Positions 19,218 through 28,880 of a DNA stretch of 64,000 nt are shown in pieces. Positions within the stretch are counted from its first letter, which is position 1. The number at the start of each line of letters is the position of its first letter. A program made the translations under genes and the position numbers. Origin of the DNA: Deltaproteobacteria bacterium. Lineage in GTDB: Bacteria > Desulfobacterota > Syntrophobacteria > BM002. The stretch is from positions 309-64,308 of the forward strand of contig JAFDGZ010000008.1 of the NCBI GenBank assembly GCA_019309045.1, read 5' to 3'. The notes below the pieces were generated by a model that worked only from the letters and a program-made list of their open reading frames with translations, did not search any database and was not told the DNA's origin.

Positions 19218-20573
19218 ATGGCTTTTTGTATGGAGAACAAAACAGATAACGACGATGCCAATGAGGAAGCTTTCGACCGCCAGGCAGATGATCTAGGTGA
19301 CTTGCTCGGCAGAGGATTCCTGGAAGTGGAGTCTCTAGAAGAGCTGGGTTGCTTTGATCAGAACTCGGCTGCCGGTTGCGCCGATGGGCTTACTGATGCC
19401 GCTGAATGTGCTGCCGGCCCGCAGACTCTGCCGGACATGGCTGGAGAGCAAGGCCGCTGCAGCCCAGAGCAGTCTGCCGGGCCCTTGCCAGAAGCGGATG
19501 TGGAGGCTGAGGATCTTTTCCAGGAAGACCTGATCAGCTTCTATCTTCAGGAAATTGCTCGCTACCCTCTGCTTACTCCTGAGCGAGAAATGGAGCTGGC
19601 TAGAACTATCAAGGAAGGCCAGAGGCAGCTTGTGGACCTGCTGTGGGACAAGCGGGCCGCAGGGAGTGAGTTTGACGAAGTTCGGCAGCAGCTTCACGCC
19701 TGGGAAGGTGATTCTACTCTGTATCCCGGGCTCAGGGAGAAAATGGTGCAGCTCGCCAAAGAAGCACTCGGAAAGGCTGCCAGCAGAGAAGGAGCCTCCA
19801 GCGGGCACCAGGCCCTGTACCATGATGCTTTGCTGATTGCAGCCCGCATCGATGAAGCCAAAAGAGAGATGGTGGAGGGCAATCTACGACTGGTGCTCAG
19901 TATTGCCAAGCGTTACCGGGGCCGGGGGTTGAGTTTTCTGGATCTCATTCAAGAAGGCAATATGGGACTCCTCAAAGCAGTATCGCGCTATGACTATACC
20001 AAGGGCAACCGCTTCAGCACGTATGCGACCTGGTGGGTGAGGCAGAGTGTAATTCGCAGCATATATGACAAGACTCGTACTATTCGTCTGCCAGTGCATT
20101 TTATCGAAATGAAGAGCTTCTTTTTTAAGAACTTCTACGAGCTGGTAAAAGAACTGGGCAGAGAGCCCACTCCAGCAGAAATTGCCGAATACAGCGGTTT
20201 GTCTCTAGAAAAAGTGAAAATGATCATCCAGCTTTCAAACCGACCCATTTCCCTGGAGGCGCCCTTCGGAGGCGAAGACCAGAAGTTAGGAGATTTTATT
20301 GCAGACGACAACAGTGTATCTCCTCTGGAACGTGTCAGTGAGAAGGAGCTGGCCAAAGTGACTCGCGAGGTGCTTGGTTCGCTCAGCTCGAGGGAAGAGA
20401 CCATTTTGAAGTCGAGATTTGGCATTGACGGTAAACCCGAGGAGACCCTGAAGACAATAGGAAAACGCTTCAGCGTTTCCAAAGAACGCATACGGCAAAT
20501 CGAGAAAAAGGCGATACGAAAACTCCGCCATACTCCTCGCCGTGAACAACTCAAATGTTTTCTGGAAGAATAG
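19218..20573 (+). CDS. Sigma-70 family RNA polymerase sigma factor (RpoD/RpoS-like paralog)
   Basis: Region 1.2 YLQEIARYPLLT; region 2 NLRLVLSIAKRY, DLIQEGNMGL, FSTYATWW; region 4 ERIRQIEKKA. Confidence 0.93.
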   Translation: MAFCMENKTDNDDANEEAFDRQADDLGDLLGRGFLEVESLEELGCFDQNSAAGCADGLTDAAECAAGPQTLPDMAGEQGRCSPEQSAGPLPEADVEAEDLFQEDLISFYLQEIARYPLLTPEREMELARTIKEGQRQLVDLLWDKRAAGSEFDEVRQQLHAWEGDSTLYPGLREKMVQLAKEALGKAASREGASSGHQALYHDALLIAARIDEAKREMVEGNLRLVLSIAKRYRGRGLSFLDLIQEGNMGLLKAVSRYDYTKGNRFSTYATWWVRQSVIRSIYDKTRTIRLPVHFIEMKSFFFKNFYELVKELGREPTPAEIAEYSGLSLEKVKMIIQLSNRPISLEAPFGGEDQKLGDFIADDNSVSPLERVSEKELAKVTREVLGSLSSREETILKSRFGIDGKPEETLKTIGKRFSVSKERIRQIEKKAIRKLRHTPRREQLKCFLEE

Positions 20574-20702
20574 CTCGCTGTGGTCGCCGGGGGCCGATTT
20601 GCAGGTGGCTTGCGGAAGCCGCCGCTCTATCCCGGGCGCTCCATTGGAGATGGTTCTGCGGCATGCTGCAGAGGAGACTAGAGTGTCAGGACAAATTAAC
20701 CA

Positions 20703-20731
20703 TTGACAAGATCCCAAGAAATGGACTATAT
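20703..20731 (+). promoter_or_regulatory. Putative sigma70 promoter of the Ni/Co transporter operon
   Basis: TTGACA 20703-20708 followed by a weak -10 region (GACTATAT). Confidence 0.45.
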
Positions 20732-20792
20732 GAAAAAGTAGTTGGAGGAAGAAACCTCCAGTAAGTCTACAAGAACTATACAGCAGCAAAAC

Positions 20793-20841
20793 GAGCCACG
20801 AAGGCTTATCAGAATAAACGGTAAGGCTTGGTGGCTTTTTT
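20793..20841 (+). terminator. Terminator-like hairpin in the leader of the Ni/Co transporter operon
   Basis: GAGCCAC-G-AAG-G-CTTATC / GGTAAG-G-CTT-G-GTGGCTT followed by a T run; 70 nt upstream of the start codon. Confidence 0.6.
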
Positions 20842-20912
20842 CGTGTCTGGCCTCTGTTCCCACAGATGCGTAAAACAAGCCACAACCTTGCAACGACAAG
20901 AGGAGGTTGCTG

Positions 20913-21671
20913 ATGCGCTGGTTTGTTGCTCTGTTGACGGCTGTTCTGTTGTGTTCTTTCGCTTTGCCCGATGCCCGGGCTCATTTCGGCATGATTATCC
21001 CTTCTGATGAGATGGTCATGAAGGGCGACAGCCCAGTGGTGACTGCTCGTCTCATGTTCTGGCATCCCTTCGAAGACCACGGCATGAATCTGGACAAGCC
21101 TGCAGCCTTCGGAGTGGTGGTGCATGGCAACAAGCAGGATCTGCTCGGCACTCTAAGTCCTGACAAGCTTCAGGGGCATACCATCTGGAAGACGAGCTAC
21201 AGGATAAAGCGGCCAGGTATCTATGTATTTTATATGGAACCCAAACCCTACTGGGAACCAGCCGAGGATACCTACATAGTGCATTACACCAAGACAGTGG
21301 TAGCTGCCTACGGCGACGATCAAGGCTGGGATGAGCCCATTGGTCTGAAGACCGAGATCGTCCCCTTGAGCAGACCTTTTGCTCTCTATGCAGGCAACGT
21401 GTTTCAGGGAATGGTGCTGCTCAATGGTAAGCCGGTGCCGGGTGCTGAAGTGGAGGTGGAATATTTCAATGAGGCGGACACCTACTCGGCGCCCACAGAT
21501 TATATGGTAACCCAGACCCTCAAGGCGGACCCCAATGGCATTTTTACCTATGCCGCTCCGGTGGCAGGCTGGTGGGGATTCGCCGCCCTTAACACTGACA
21601 GCCGCCAGCTAAAAGGCAAAGATGTGGAGATCGGCGCTGTGCTCTGGGTTCGTTTTCACCAGATGAAATAG
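20913..21671 (+). CDS. DUF4198/NikK-like periplasmic protein of a Ni/Co uptake system
   Basis: Signal peptide ending [31 protein letters not shown]; AGGAGG RBS. Confidence 0.85.
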   Translation: MRWFVALLTAVLLCSFALPDARAHFGMIIPSDEMVMKGDSPVVTARLMFWHPFEDHGMNLDKPAAFGVVVHGNKQDLLGTLSPDKLQGHTIWKTSYRIKRPGIYVFYMEPKPYWEPAEDTYIVHYTKTVVAAYGDDQGWDEPIGLKTEIVPLSRPFALYAGNVFQGMVLLNGKPVPGAEVEVEYFNEADTYSAPTDYMVTQTLKADPNGIFTYAAPVAGWWGFAALNTDSRQLKGKDVEIGAVLWVRFHQMK

Positions 21672-21680
21672 GAGTTTCTC

Positions 21681-22295
21681 ATGCACATATCAGAAGGAGT
21701 TCTTTCTGCCCCGGTTCTGCTGGCTGGTGTTGTGTTTACGGCCGCGGGAGTGGCTGTAGGCCTCAAGAAGACTGAACCTGAAAAGATTCCGCAAGTGGCA
21801 GTGCTGACCTCGGCCTTTTTTGTGGCCTCACTGGTGCACGTACCCATTGGCTTTTCATCGGTGCATCTGGTATTGAACGGCCTCCTGGGCTTGCTGCTCG
21901 GCTGGGCCGCCTTTCCTGCTATTCTGGTGGCCCTTGCCCTGCAGGCCCTTCTTTTCCAGTTCGGCGGTCTTACCACCCTTGGAATAAATACCTTTAACAT
22001 GGCCTTTCCCGCTCTCGTCTGCTATTACCTTTTCGCCAGAGCCATCCCGCGCAAACGGGATGACCTTGGTCTGGTTCTGGCCTTTATGTGCGGCTTCATA
22101 GCCATTCTTCTCAGTGCGCTCCTGGTAGCGGCCTGTCTGGTATTCACCGGCGAATCCTTTATGGCAGCTGCCAAAGTCTTGCTGCTTGCTCACTTGCCAG
22201 TAATGTGTATAGAGGGAACCATTACCGCCTTCTGCTACGCCTTTATCAAGAAGGTAAAACCGGAGATGTTGGGAGTTACCCATGCAGCCAGCTAG
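21681..22295 (+). CDS. cbiM: Ni/Co ECF transporter S component CbiM/NikM
   Basis: MHISEG N-terminus, SSVHL, LLFQFGGLTTLG. Confidence 0.92.
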   Translation: MHISEGVLSAPVLLAGVVFTAAGVAVGLKKTEPEKIPQVAVLTSAFFVASLVHVPIGFSSVHLVLNGLLGLLLGWAAFPAILVALALQALLFQFGGLTTLGINTFNMAFPALVCYYLFARAIPRKRDDLGLVLAFMCGFIAILLSALLVAACLVFTGESFMAAAKVLLLAHLPVMCIEGTITAFCYAFIKKVKPEMLGVTHAAS

Positions 22296-22305
22296 AGGGA
22301 GAACT

Positions 22306-22932
22306 ATGCAGCACATCTTGTTCTTGCTGCGGGCGGCGCTTGTTGTCTCGATATTTACTGTGCCACTGCTGCCGAAGCAGGCTCTGGCCCACAAGGTCAA
22401 CGTGTTCGCCTGGGTGGAGGGTGATACGGTCCAGGTGGAAGGCTATTTCAGCGGCGGCAAGAAGGTGCGACAAGGGTTGGTGGAAGTCTTCGATCCCGCA
22501 GGGAAAAAACTTCTGGAGGGCCGCACCAATGACCAGGGAGAATTTTCCTTCAAAGTACCGCAGAAGTCTGACCTCAAGATCGTCCTTACGGCCAGCATGG
22601 GCCACAAGAATGACTTTACCATTCCCGAGAGTGAATTAGAGGGCACAGCCGCAGTGGTCGATTCGCACAGCGGCCAACAGGAGCAGAAAAAACAAGCGGC
22701 CCCTGCAGCCGCCGCCGCCGACACGGCGACCGCCGTTGCCAGCAATGTGAGTGCGGAGCAGCTGCAGACAATAATGGAAAAAGTGCTCGACAGAAAGCTG
22801 GCACCGCTCTTCAGGCGACTGGGAGAAGAACAGGCAGCAGGACCCGGGCTCAGTAAAATAATCGCTGGAATCGGCTACATTATTGGTATAATGGGTCTGG
22901 CCATGTTCTGGTTCAGCAAGAAAAAAACCTAG
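22306..22932 (+). CDS. CbiL/NikL-like accessory protein
   Basis: Signal peptide ALA-HKVNVFA, GH motif, C-terminal TM GIGYIIG. Confidence 0.78.
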   Translation: MQHILFLLRAALVVSIFTVPLLPKQALAHKVNVFAWVEGDTVQVEGYFSGGKKVRQGLVEVFDPAGKKLLEGRTNDQGEFSFKVPQKSDLKIVLTASMGHKNDFTIPESELEGTAAVVDSHSGQQEQKKQAAPAAAAADTATAVASNVSAEQLQTIMEKVLDRKLAPLFRRLGEEQAAGPGLSKIIAGIGYIIGIMGLAMFWFSKKKT

Positions 22933-23063
22933 GGCAGCAAGGCTGTGCTCGGCCCGAGACGCCTTGCCCCAAGAGGGGAGTCCGCGGCAAAGCCGCGGCC
23001 TGTAAAGGGCACCGCCCTCGCTTCTCAGGGGCAAGCTGATGACACGGCAGCTGAATGTGAGCC

Positions 23064-23876
23064 ATGAAACGGATACTCACCATAGCGGGTTCTGATTCTG
23101 GAGGCGGCGCCGGCATCCAGGCCGACCTGAAAGCAATCACTTTGCTGGGCGGCTTCGGGATGAGCGCCATTACTGCTCTCACTGCCCAGAATACTGTAGG
23201 TGTAATGGCAGTCCACCAGGTGCCCGTGGATTTTATTGCGGCCCAGATCGATGCAGTTTTCACTGACATTGGGGTGGATGCAGTAAAGACAGGCATGCTC
23301 GCCAACAGCGACGTGGTCCAGCTGGTGGCTGAAAAAATTGCCTGGTATTCTCCAGAGGTAGTGGTAGTGGATCCGGTTATGGTTGCCAAGAGCGGCGATC
23401 CCCTGCTCGCAGAGGAGGCTAGAGATGCTCTCATCCAGCTGCTGCTGCCTCGGGCCACCATGGTAACACCAAACCTGCCGGAAGCATCTGTTCTCGCCGG
23501 CCAACAGGTAACCAGCGAGACAGAAATGCGCCAGGCTGCCAGAAAGATCCAGGCCGCTGGCCCGGCTCACGTGCTCATCAAAGGAGGTCATCTGAGCGGC
23601 GCAGCCCTGGACCTGTTGTTTGACGGCCAGGAATTCTATGAATTTCGGGCAGCTCGCCTAGACACCAAGAATACGCACGGCACCGGCTGCACTTACGCCG
23701 CAGCCATTGCCACCTTTCTTGCCATGAAAATGACACCTCGAGATGCAGTTTCACAGGCCAAACGCTTCATCACCGACGCCATCCGCCACGGCTTGCCTCT
23801 AGGACGCGGCCACGGTCCCACCAACCCTTACGCGGCTGTCATGAAGAGCAATGACGGCCAGGGCGCTGGAGAGTAA
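23064..23876 (+). CDS. thiD: Hydroxymethylpyrimidine/phosphomethylpyrimidine kinase
   Basis: AGSDSGGGAGIQADLK, TAQNT, KTGML, DPVM, HGTGCT. Confidence 0.97.
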   Translation: MKRILTIAGSDSGGGAGIQADLKAITLLGGFGMSAITALTAQNTVGVMAVHQVPVDFIAAQIDAVFTDIGVDAVKTGMLANSDVVQLVAEKIAWYSPEVVVVDPVMVAKSGDPLLAEEARDALIQLLLPRATMVTPNLPEASVLAGQQVTSETEMRQAARKIQAAGPAHVLIKGGHLSGAALDLLFDGQEFYEFRAARLDTKNTHGTGCTYAAAIATFLAMKMTPRDAVSQAKRFITDAIRHGLPLGRGHGPTNPYAAVMKSNDGQGAGE

Positions 23877-24273
23877 CTATCCTTTTCTCGAATCACGGCA
23901 GTTTCTTCTATTCTGTACTTCTCTAATATCTCTTCCTGGCAAGCCTCGAAGAGCACAAAGGGTGGTTGTCAACAAAACCGGGCATTTTCCAGCGGCCGCC
24001 GGGAAGAGCTGTTGTTACACCCAGAAAAACAGGATGAGTCTTGCCAGAACTGCTCTTGACAAAAAATCACCGATTCCCTAAGTACCAAAGTATTTGTGTC
24101 ACCACTTGACAGCGGCAACTACCTCTGTGCCAAAATGCCCAGGGGCTGGCAGAGGAAAGCTCCCCCCAGGAAACATCGCGGCGTATCTTCTGCCGCCGGT
24201 GGAGCTGTTCGGGGCTTCTGTGGCCCAGAGTAAACTTTATTTCACTGCAGGATTTGCCCAAGCGAGGTGTGCA

Positions 24274-25626
24274 ATGGGTCGACAACAGCAAAAGCGAGAG
24301 AAGGTGATACCTGGATTGTGGTTGGCAGTGGCTCTTGTTCTGATGATGCTGGCTGGCACAGGTTCAGAAGTTACAGCCAGTCAGGAAGAGCCGGTGGCCC
24401 TCACTCTCGAAAAGAGCATAGAGATAGCATTGCAGCGCAACCTCAGCATCAAGGTAGCTCAGGAGGGGGTAACAGTAGCCGAGCAACGCAAAAAAGAATC
24501 TTTCACCGAATTTCTGCCAAAACTGAAAGCGGAATACGGCTACCGACGTCCCAGTGAGAATACTGTCACTTTCGGTGGCATCAGTGTTCAGGCTGGAGAC
24601 AGAAATCAGTATAGATTCACTGGCACCCTGGAACAACCTATTTTTACCGGTTTTGCAATTCTCACCAACTATCAGTTGAGCAAACTCGGGCTCGATGTGG
24701 CGAAAATTCTCCTCGAACAGGCCCGGCAGGACCTCATCCTGCAGGTAAAAGAGGCTTATCTCGGCATTCAGAGGGCGGAGAAGCTCCAAGAGGTCGCCGC
24801 CCAGTCGGTGCGTCAGCTGGAAGAGGAAGTGAAAGTAGCAAAAAGCTTCTATGAGGTTGGCATGAAGCCCAAAGTCGACGTGCTCGATGCTGAGACTCGG
24901 CTGGGAGACGCCAAGGTACAGTACATTCGCACCGCTAACAATCTCCGGGTTGCCGAGGCCAATTTCAACACGGTGCTGCGCCGCCCCCTCGAGACCCCGG
25001 TAAAAATAGCGGATGTGCTTACTCCCAAGCCATACGACAGAACTTATGAACAGAGTGAAGCAATCGCCCTCAGCCACAGACCCGAAGTACTGGAAGCGCA
25101 GAAAAAGGTAGAGAGTGCAGAAAAGGAAATTTCTCTGGCAAAAAGCAACTTTTACCCGACCGTGACCTTTGCCAGCAACTACTATCGCCGGGGCAACAGA
25201 CCAAATGTGCAGGGAAGCAATTTTGTTGATCGGGAAAACTGGGACATCATAGCAGTGGCCAACTGGACTTTCTTCGAGTGGGGCAAGACGCTCTACTCGG
25301 TGAACCAGAAACGCGCCCAGTTGCAGCAGGCCAAAGACGCCCTGAAACAGGTGGAAGACTCGGTTCGTCTCCAGGTGAAAAGCGCCTATCTTACCCTGCA
25401 GGCTGCTAAGGAGGCCATTGTGGCAGCAAAGCTGAGCGTTGAATCTGCAGAAGAGAACTTCAGGATCAGTCAGGAACGTTACCGCGGCCAGGTGGCTACT
25501 TCAACAGAAGTGCTCGACGCCCAGACCAGGTTGACCACGGCCAAGACAAACTACACCAACGCCCTTGTTGCCTATGACCTGGCCAGGGCCCGCCTGATTC
25601 GCGCCATGGGTCTGGAGGAACTGTGA
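24274..25626 (+). CDS. TolC-family outer membrane protein
   Basis: Signal peptide; two OEP repeats (FLPKL, FYPTV, DVLDA, EVLDAQ); start uncertain. Confidence 0.9.
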   Translation: MGRQQQKREKVIPGLWLAVALVLMMLAGTGSEVTASQEEPVALTLEKSIEIALQRNLSIKVAQEGVTVAEQRKKESFTEFLPKLKAEYGYRRPSENTVTFGGISVQAGDRNQYRFTGTLEQPIFTGFAILTNYQLSKLGLDVAKILLEQARQDLILQVKEAYLGIQRAEKLQEVAAQSVRQLEEEVKVAKSFYEVGMKPKVDVLDAETRLGDAKVQYIRTANNLRVAEANFNTVLRRPLETPVKIADVLTPKPYDRTYEQSEAIALSHRPEVLEAQKKVESAEKEISLAKSNFYPTVTFASNYYRRGNRPNVQGSNFVDRENWDIIAVANWTFFEWGKTLYSVNQKRAQLQQAKDALKQVEDSVRLQVKSAYLTLQAAKEAIVAAKLSVESAEENFRISQERYRGQVATSTEVLDAQTRLTTAKTNYTNALVAYDLARARLIRAMGLEEL

Positions 25627-25797
25627 CCTCCAGGAACAAAGTGGCTGCCCTGGCAGCAGTAGCCAGGATATCGCATAGAAGTGAATGAGTTAATGGCTTG
25701 ATTTTCTTGCTTGAATGCCTATTGTGCCTGTGATAGGGTGTAGCCGCTCTTTGCTGGCGAGGAGCACTTTTTACAGGCGAAACCGCGCTGCATTCAC

Positions 25798-26535
25798 GTG
25801 GGGGACCGGCAGCCCATGGTTCAGATGTACCATGTGTTCAAGAGCTACGACGGTGAACGTTATGCCCTGGCAGATGTGACGCTCACTGTGGACAGGGGCG
25901 ACTTCCTCTTTCTCACCGGTCCCAGCGGAGCGGGCAAGACCACCTTGCTGAAACTCATATTCTTCGATGAAAGGGCCTCTTCCGGGCAGATCCTGGTAGA
26001 CGGCATCAATCTGCAGCGCTTGAAGCGTTCGAGGGTGCCCTACTTCAAAAGGCGAATAGGAGTTGTCTTTCAAGATTTCAAGCTGCTGCTCGACCGCACC
26101 GTGTTCGCCAATGTTGCCCTGGCCCTCGAGGTTGCCGGCAAGCCAAGGGGATATATAGAAAAAAAAGTTCGCCAGGTGCTGCGGCTGGTGGGATTGGCAG
26201 GCAAGGAAAACCACCTCAGCCGCAAACTGTCGGGGGGAGAACAACAGAGAGTGGCAATAGCCAGGGCCATAGTGGTCAATCCCATACTTCTCCTGGCTGA
26301 TGAACCCACCGGGAACCTTGACGAAGAAATCACCATGGATATCCTGGAGCTGTTCAGAGAGATTCACCTCAGAGGCACTACCGTGATCCTTGCTACTCAC
26401 AACAAGAATCTCATCAGCCGGGTACCGAGCGCCAAGATTGCCATGTTGCGAGGCGGAGCCCTGGTAGCTTCAGGATTGCAAGTGGGTATGCACCGCAGTG
26501 GCGCAGCTGTTGAAATGGCCGCCCAGGGGAGATGA
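25798..26535 (+). CDS. ftsE: Cell division ATP-binding protein FtsE
   Basis: [40 protein letters not shown]. Confidence 0.95.
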   Translation: MGDRQPMVQMYHVFKSYDGERYALADVTLTVDRGDFLFLTGPSGAGKTTLLKLIFFDERASSGQILVDGINLQRLKRSRVPYFKRRIGVVFQDFKLLLDRTVFANVALALEVAGKPRGYIEKKVRQVLRLVGLAGKENHLSRKLSGGEQQRVAIARAIVVNPILLLADEPTGNLDEEITMDILELFREIHLRGTTVILATHNKNLISRVPSAKIAMLRGGALVASGLQVGMHRSGAAVEMAAQGR

Positions 26536-26539
26536 GCAA

Positions 26540-27433
26540 ATGCGGCTGGGAATGGTGGGCTATTTCATCAGGAAAGCCCTGGAAAATCTGCGTTTGAAGC
26601 CTTTTCTCAGTCTGGTGACTTTGAGCACCATTACTCTCTCACTAATGATTCTGGGCCTTTTCGGCTTGGTGTACCTCAATTTGCAGCATTTTCTGCACAA
26701 CTGGGGCTCCCGACTGCAGGTGACTGCTTATCTGCACGATAGCGTCACCCAGGAGCAGGCTGAAAAACTGCAGCAAGAAATTGGCCGCTGGCCTGCAGTG
26801 CAGCAGGTGGTCTACGTCAGCAAATCGACGGCTCTGGCTCGTCTGCGGGAGCAACTGCAGCAATACGCCGGCATCCTGGACGGCCTGCAAAAAAATCCCC
26901 TGCCCGCCTCCCTGGAACTCAACCTGAATCCTGAGGCTGCTGGGGTTGACCATTTGGAAAAGCTGGTGGGTCAACTGCAAAAGCTGCCCCTGGTTAGCGA
27001 AGTTCAATATGGCGAGAGATGGCGCGAGCGGCTCAAGACCGTGGCAGACGTGGTAAAGCTGTTCGGCATCACTCTGGGAGGACTGGTTCTGGTGGCTACG
27101 GTGTTGGTGATTTCAAACACTGTCAAGCTCACCTTCTATTCGAGGCGACAGGAGCTGGAAATCATGCGTCTGGTGGGCGCTACTGACTTTTTCATCCAGG
27201 CACCTTTTCTCATCGAAGGACTCCTGCACGGCCTGGGAGGGGCCGTTTGCGCCTGCGCTTCCCTGTTTCTCTTGCTCCATGTTTTTCTCTCCCGCGTCCA
27301 TTTACCGCCGCTCCTGGGCATAGGGCCGACAACTCTGCTGCCAGTTTCGGCCATAGTCGGCTTTCTCGTCCTGGGCACCCTGCTCGGGGTGTTCGGCAGT
27401 GTAGTGTCCGTGCGGAGGTTTTTGCAAAGATGA
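26540..27433 (+). CDS. ftsX: Cell division permease FtsX
   Basis: NPLPAS, EIMRLVGAT..FI..PFLIEG; four TM segments. Confidence 0.95.
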   Translation: MRLGMVGYFIRKALENLRLKPFLSLVTLSTITLSLMILGLFGLVYLNLQHFLHNWGSRLQVTAYLHDSVTQEQAEKLQQEIGRWPAVQQVVYVSKSTALARLREQLQQYAGILDGLQKNPLPASLELNLNPEAAGVDHLEKLVGQLQKLPLVSEVQYGERWRERLKTVADVVKLFGITLGGLVLVATVLVISNTVKLTFYSRRQELEIMRLVGATDFFIQAPFLIEGLLHGLGGAVCACASLFLLLHVFLSRVHLPPLLGIGPTTLLPVSAIVGFLVLGTLLGVFGSVVSVRRFLQR

Positions 27434-28644
27434 CCAGACTGTACTGCTCCTTGCTGTCGTTATTGCTCTGCCTGCTTGCGGCTGCCGCGGTGTGCTCGTC
27501 CAGTGAACAGGGCAGTTCCGCGGCTGCGGAAGCCCGCCAGGCGGAAATGCGCCGGGTTCGAGAGCGCATGCAGCACAGCCGGCAAAAGATTGAGTCTATG
27601 CAGCGTCAGGAACGCAATCTACTCGATCAGCTTGACCAGATGGAGCTGCGGTTGGAGAAACTCCGCGAACAGGTGGCAAAGCTCAAGGCAGAGCAGCTCA
27701 CCGTCCAGCAAGAAGTGGCACTGAAGCGCAAACGTCTGCAGGTGCTGGTCAGGGAGATGCAGCAGTTTGAAGCACTGCTGGGACAACGTCTTCGCGTACT
27801 GTACAAGGCAGGCCGTAGCGGCTATCTCGATCTGTTGACTTCTGCTGCGGACATGAGTGATCTGCAGCATCGCTGGGTGTACATGCGAACCATTGCCGAG
27901 CAGGACAGGCTGTTGCTGGAGACGTACAGACGACGGCAAACCGAAGAGGCGCAGCTCACCCGAAAGCTCCTGGCCCAGGAAGAACGGCTCTCTCTTCTGG
28001 TAAGAGATTTGGCCAACCAAAAGGAGGAAATGGAGAACATTCGGCGTCAGCACGTGGCCCTGCTTCAGGACGTGCATAATCGCGAGCAGATGTATCGCCG
28101 TTACCTGGCAGAACTGGAAACAGTTTCGCGCAATCTGGAGAAAGTGTTTGCCAACCTCCAGGAGCAGAACAACAGGCGCTCTTTGCCGGCCCCTCACCAG
28201 GGTGGCTTTGCCAGGCAGAAGGGGACTCTGCCCTACCCTGTCCAGGGCAGGATAATCACCCGCTTTGGCCGCAAGCGATATGATAAATTCGGCACCACCA
28301 TTGTCCATAAAGGGATTGACATGGCCACCAAGAAAGCATCTCCAGTAATGGCGGTTTATGGCGGCCAGATCATTTATCGAGGCTGGATTAAGGGATATGG
28401 AAACGTTATTATAATTGATCATGGCGACAAGTACTATACTCTTACGGCCCACCTGGGGGATATGGCCAAAGACGTGGGAGAAAAGGTGGAGGCCGGGGAG
28501 GTGATCGGCTACGCTGGCTACAGCGCTACTGCACGTTCAGCAGGGAGAATATATTTCGAAATTCGCCATCGGGGCCGAGCCCTGGATCCCCAGAGGTGGC
28601 TGTTGCCTGCCCTGGCCGGCATGAACAGCCCAGGCAGAGGATAA
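27430..28644 (+). CDS. envC: EnvC-like murein hydrolase activator (coiled coil + M23 domain)
   Basis: Long coiled coil, then HKGID, GYGNVIIIDHG, YFEIR. Confidence 0.88.
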   Translation: MTRLYCSLLSLLLCLLAAAAVCSSSEQGSSAAAEARQAEMRRVRERMQHSRQKIESMQRQERNLLDQLDQMELRLEKLREQVAKLKAEQLTVQQEVALKRKRLQVLVREMQQFEALLGQRLRVLYKAGRSGYLDLLTSAADMSDLQHRWVYMRTIAEQDRLLLETYRRRQTEEAQLTRKLLAQEERLSLLVRDLANQKEEMENIRRQHVALLQDVHNREQMYRRYLAELETVSRNLEKVFANLQEQNNRRSLPAPHQGGFARQKGTLPYPVQGRIITRFGRKRYDKFGTTIVHKGIDMATKKASPVMAVYGGQIIYRGWIKGYGNVIIIDHGDKYYTLTAHLGDMAKDVGEKVEAGEVIGYAGYSATARSAGRIYFEIRHRGRALDPQRWLLPALAGMNSPGRG

Positions 28645-28660
28645 GGGCATACAAATTGCA
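28645..28660 (+). promoter_or_regulatory. Possible sigma54 (-24/-12) promoter upstream of ctpA
   Basis: GGGCATA-CAAA-TTGCA, with GG-N10-GC spacing. Confidence 0.4.
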
Positions 28661-28880
28661 GGAAATTGTCTGAATCCAGACTTGTCATGACGTAGCAAAG
28701 CTATTCTGGGGCAGCACTAAAATGGACACGGTTGCCATTGTGCTCCAGTATAAGAAGCCACAGTTTTCACTGTCGTGGCAGGAACGACATTGCGGTTCGC
28801 AATTGCCCTCCGAAGAAACCGGAGGCCAGCAAGCAAACAGTGAGCAACAAATCATAAAAGCGGCCGCATAAGGAGGTTAC

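Noticed and set aside
22933-23063. TPP or c-di-GMP-I riboswitch upstream of thiD
   Set aside because: No CTGAGA or P4/P5 motifs; GCAAAGCC is only the loop region of a simple hairpin.
23030-23075. CTGATGA...GAAAC hammerhead-like core before thiD
   Set aside because: Stem II lacks the closing G-C pair, stems I and III are not evident, and GAAAC is simply the start of the thiD CDS.
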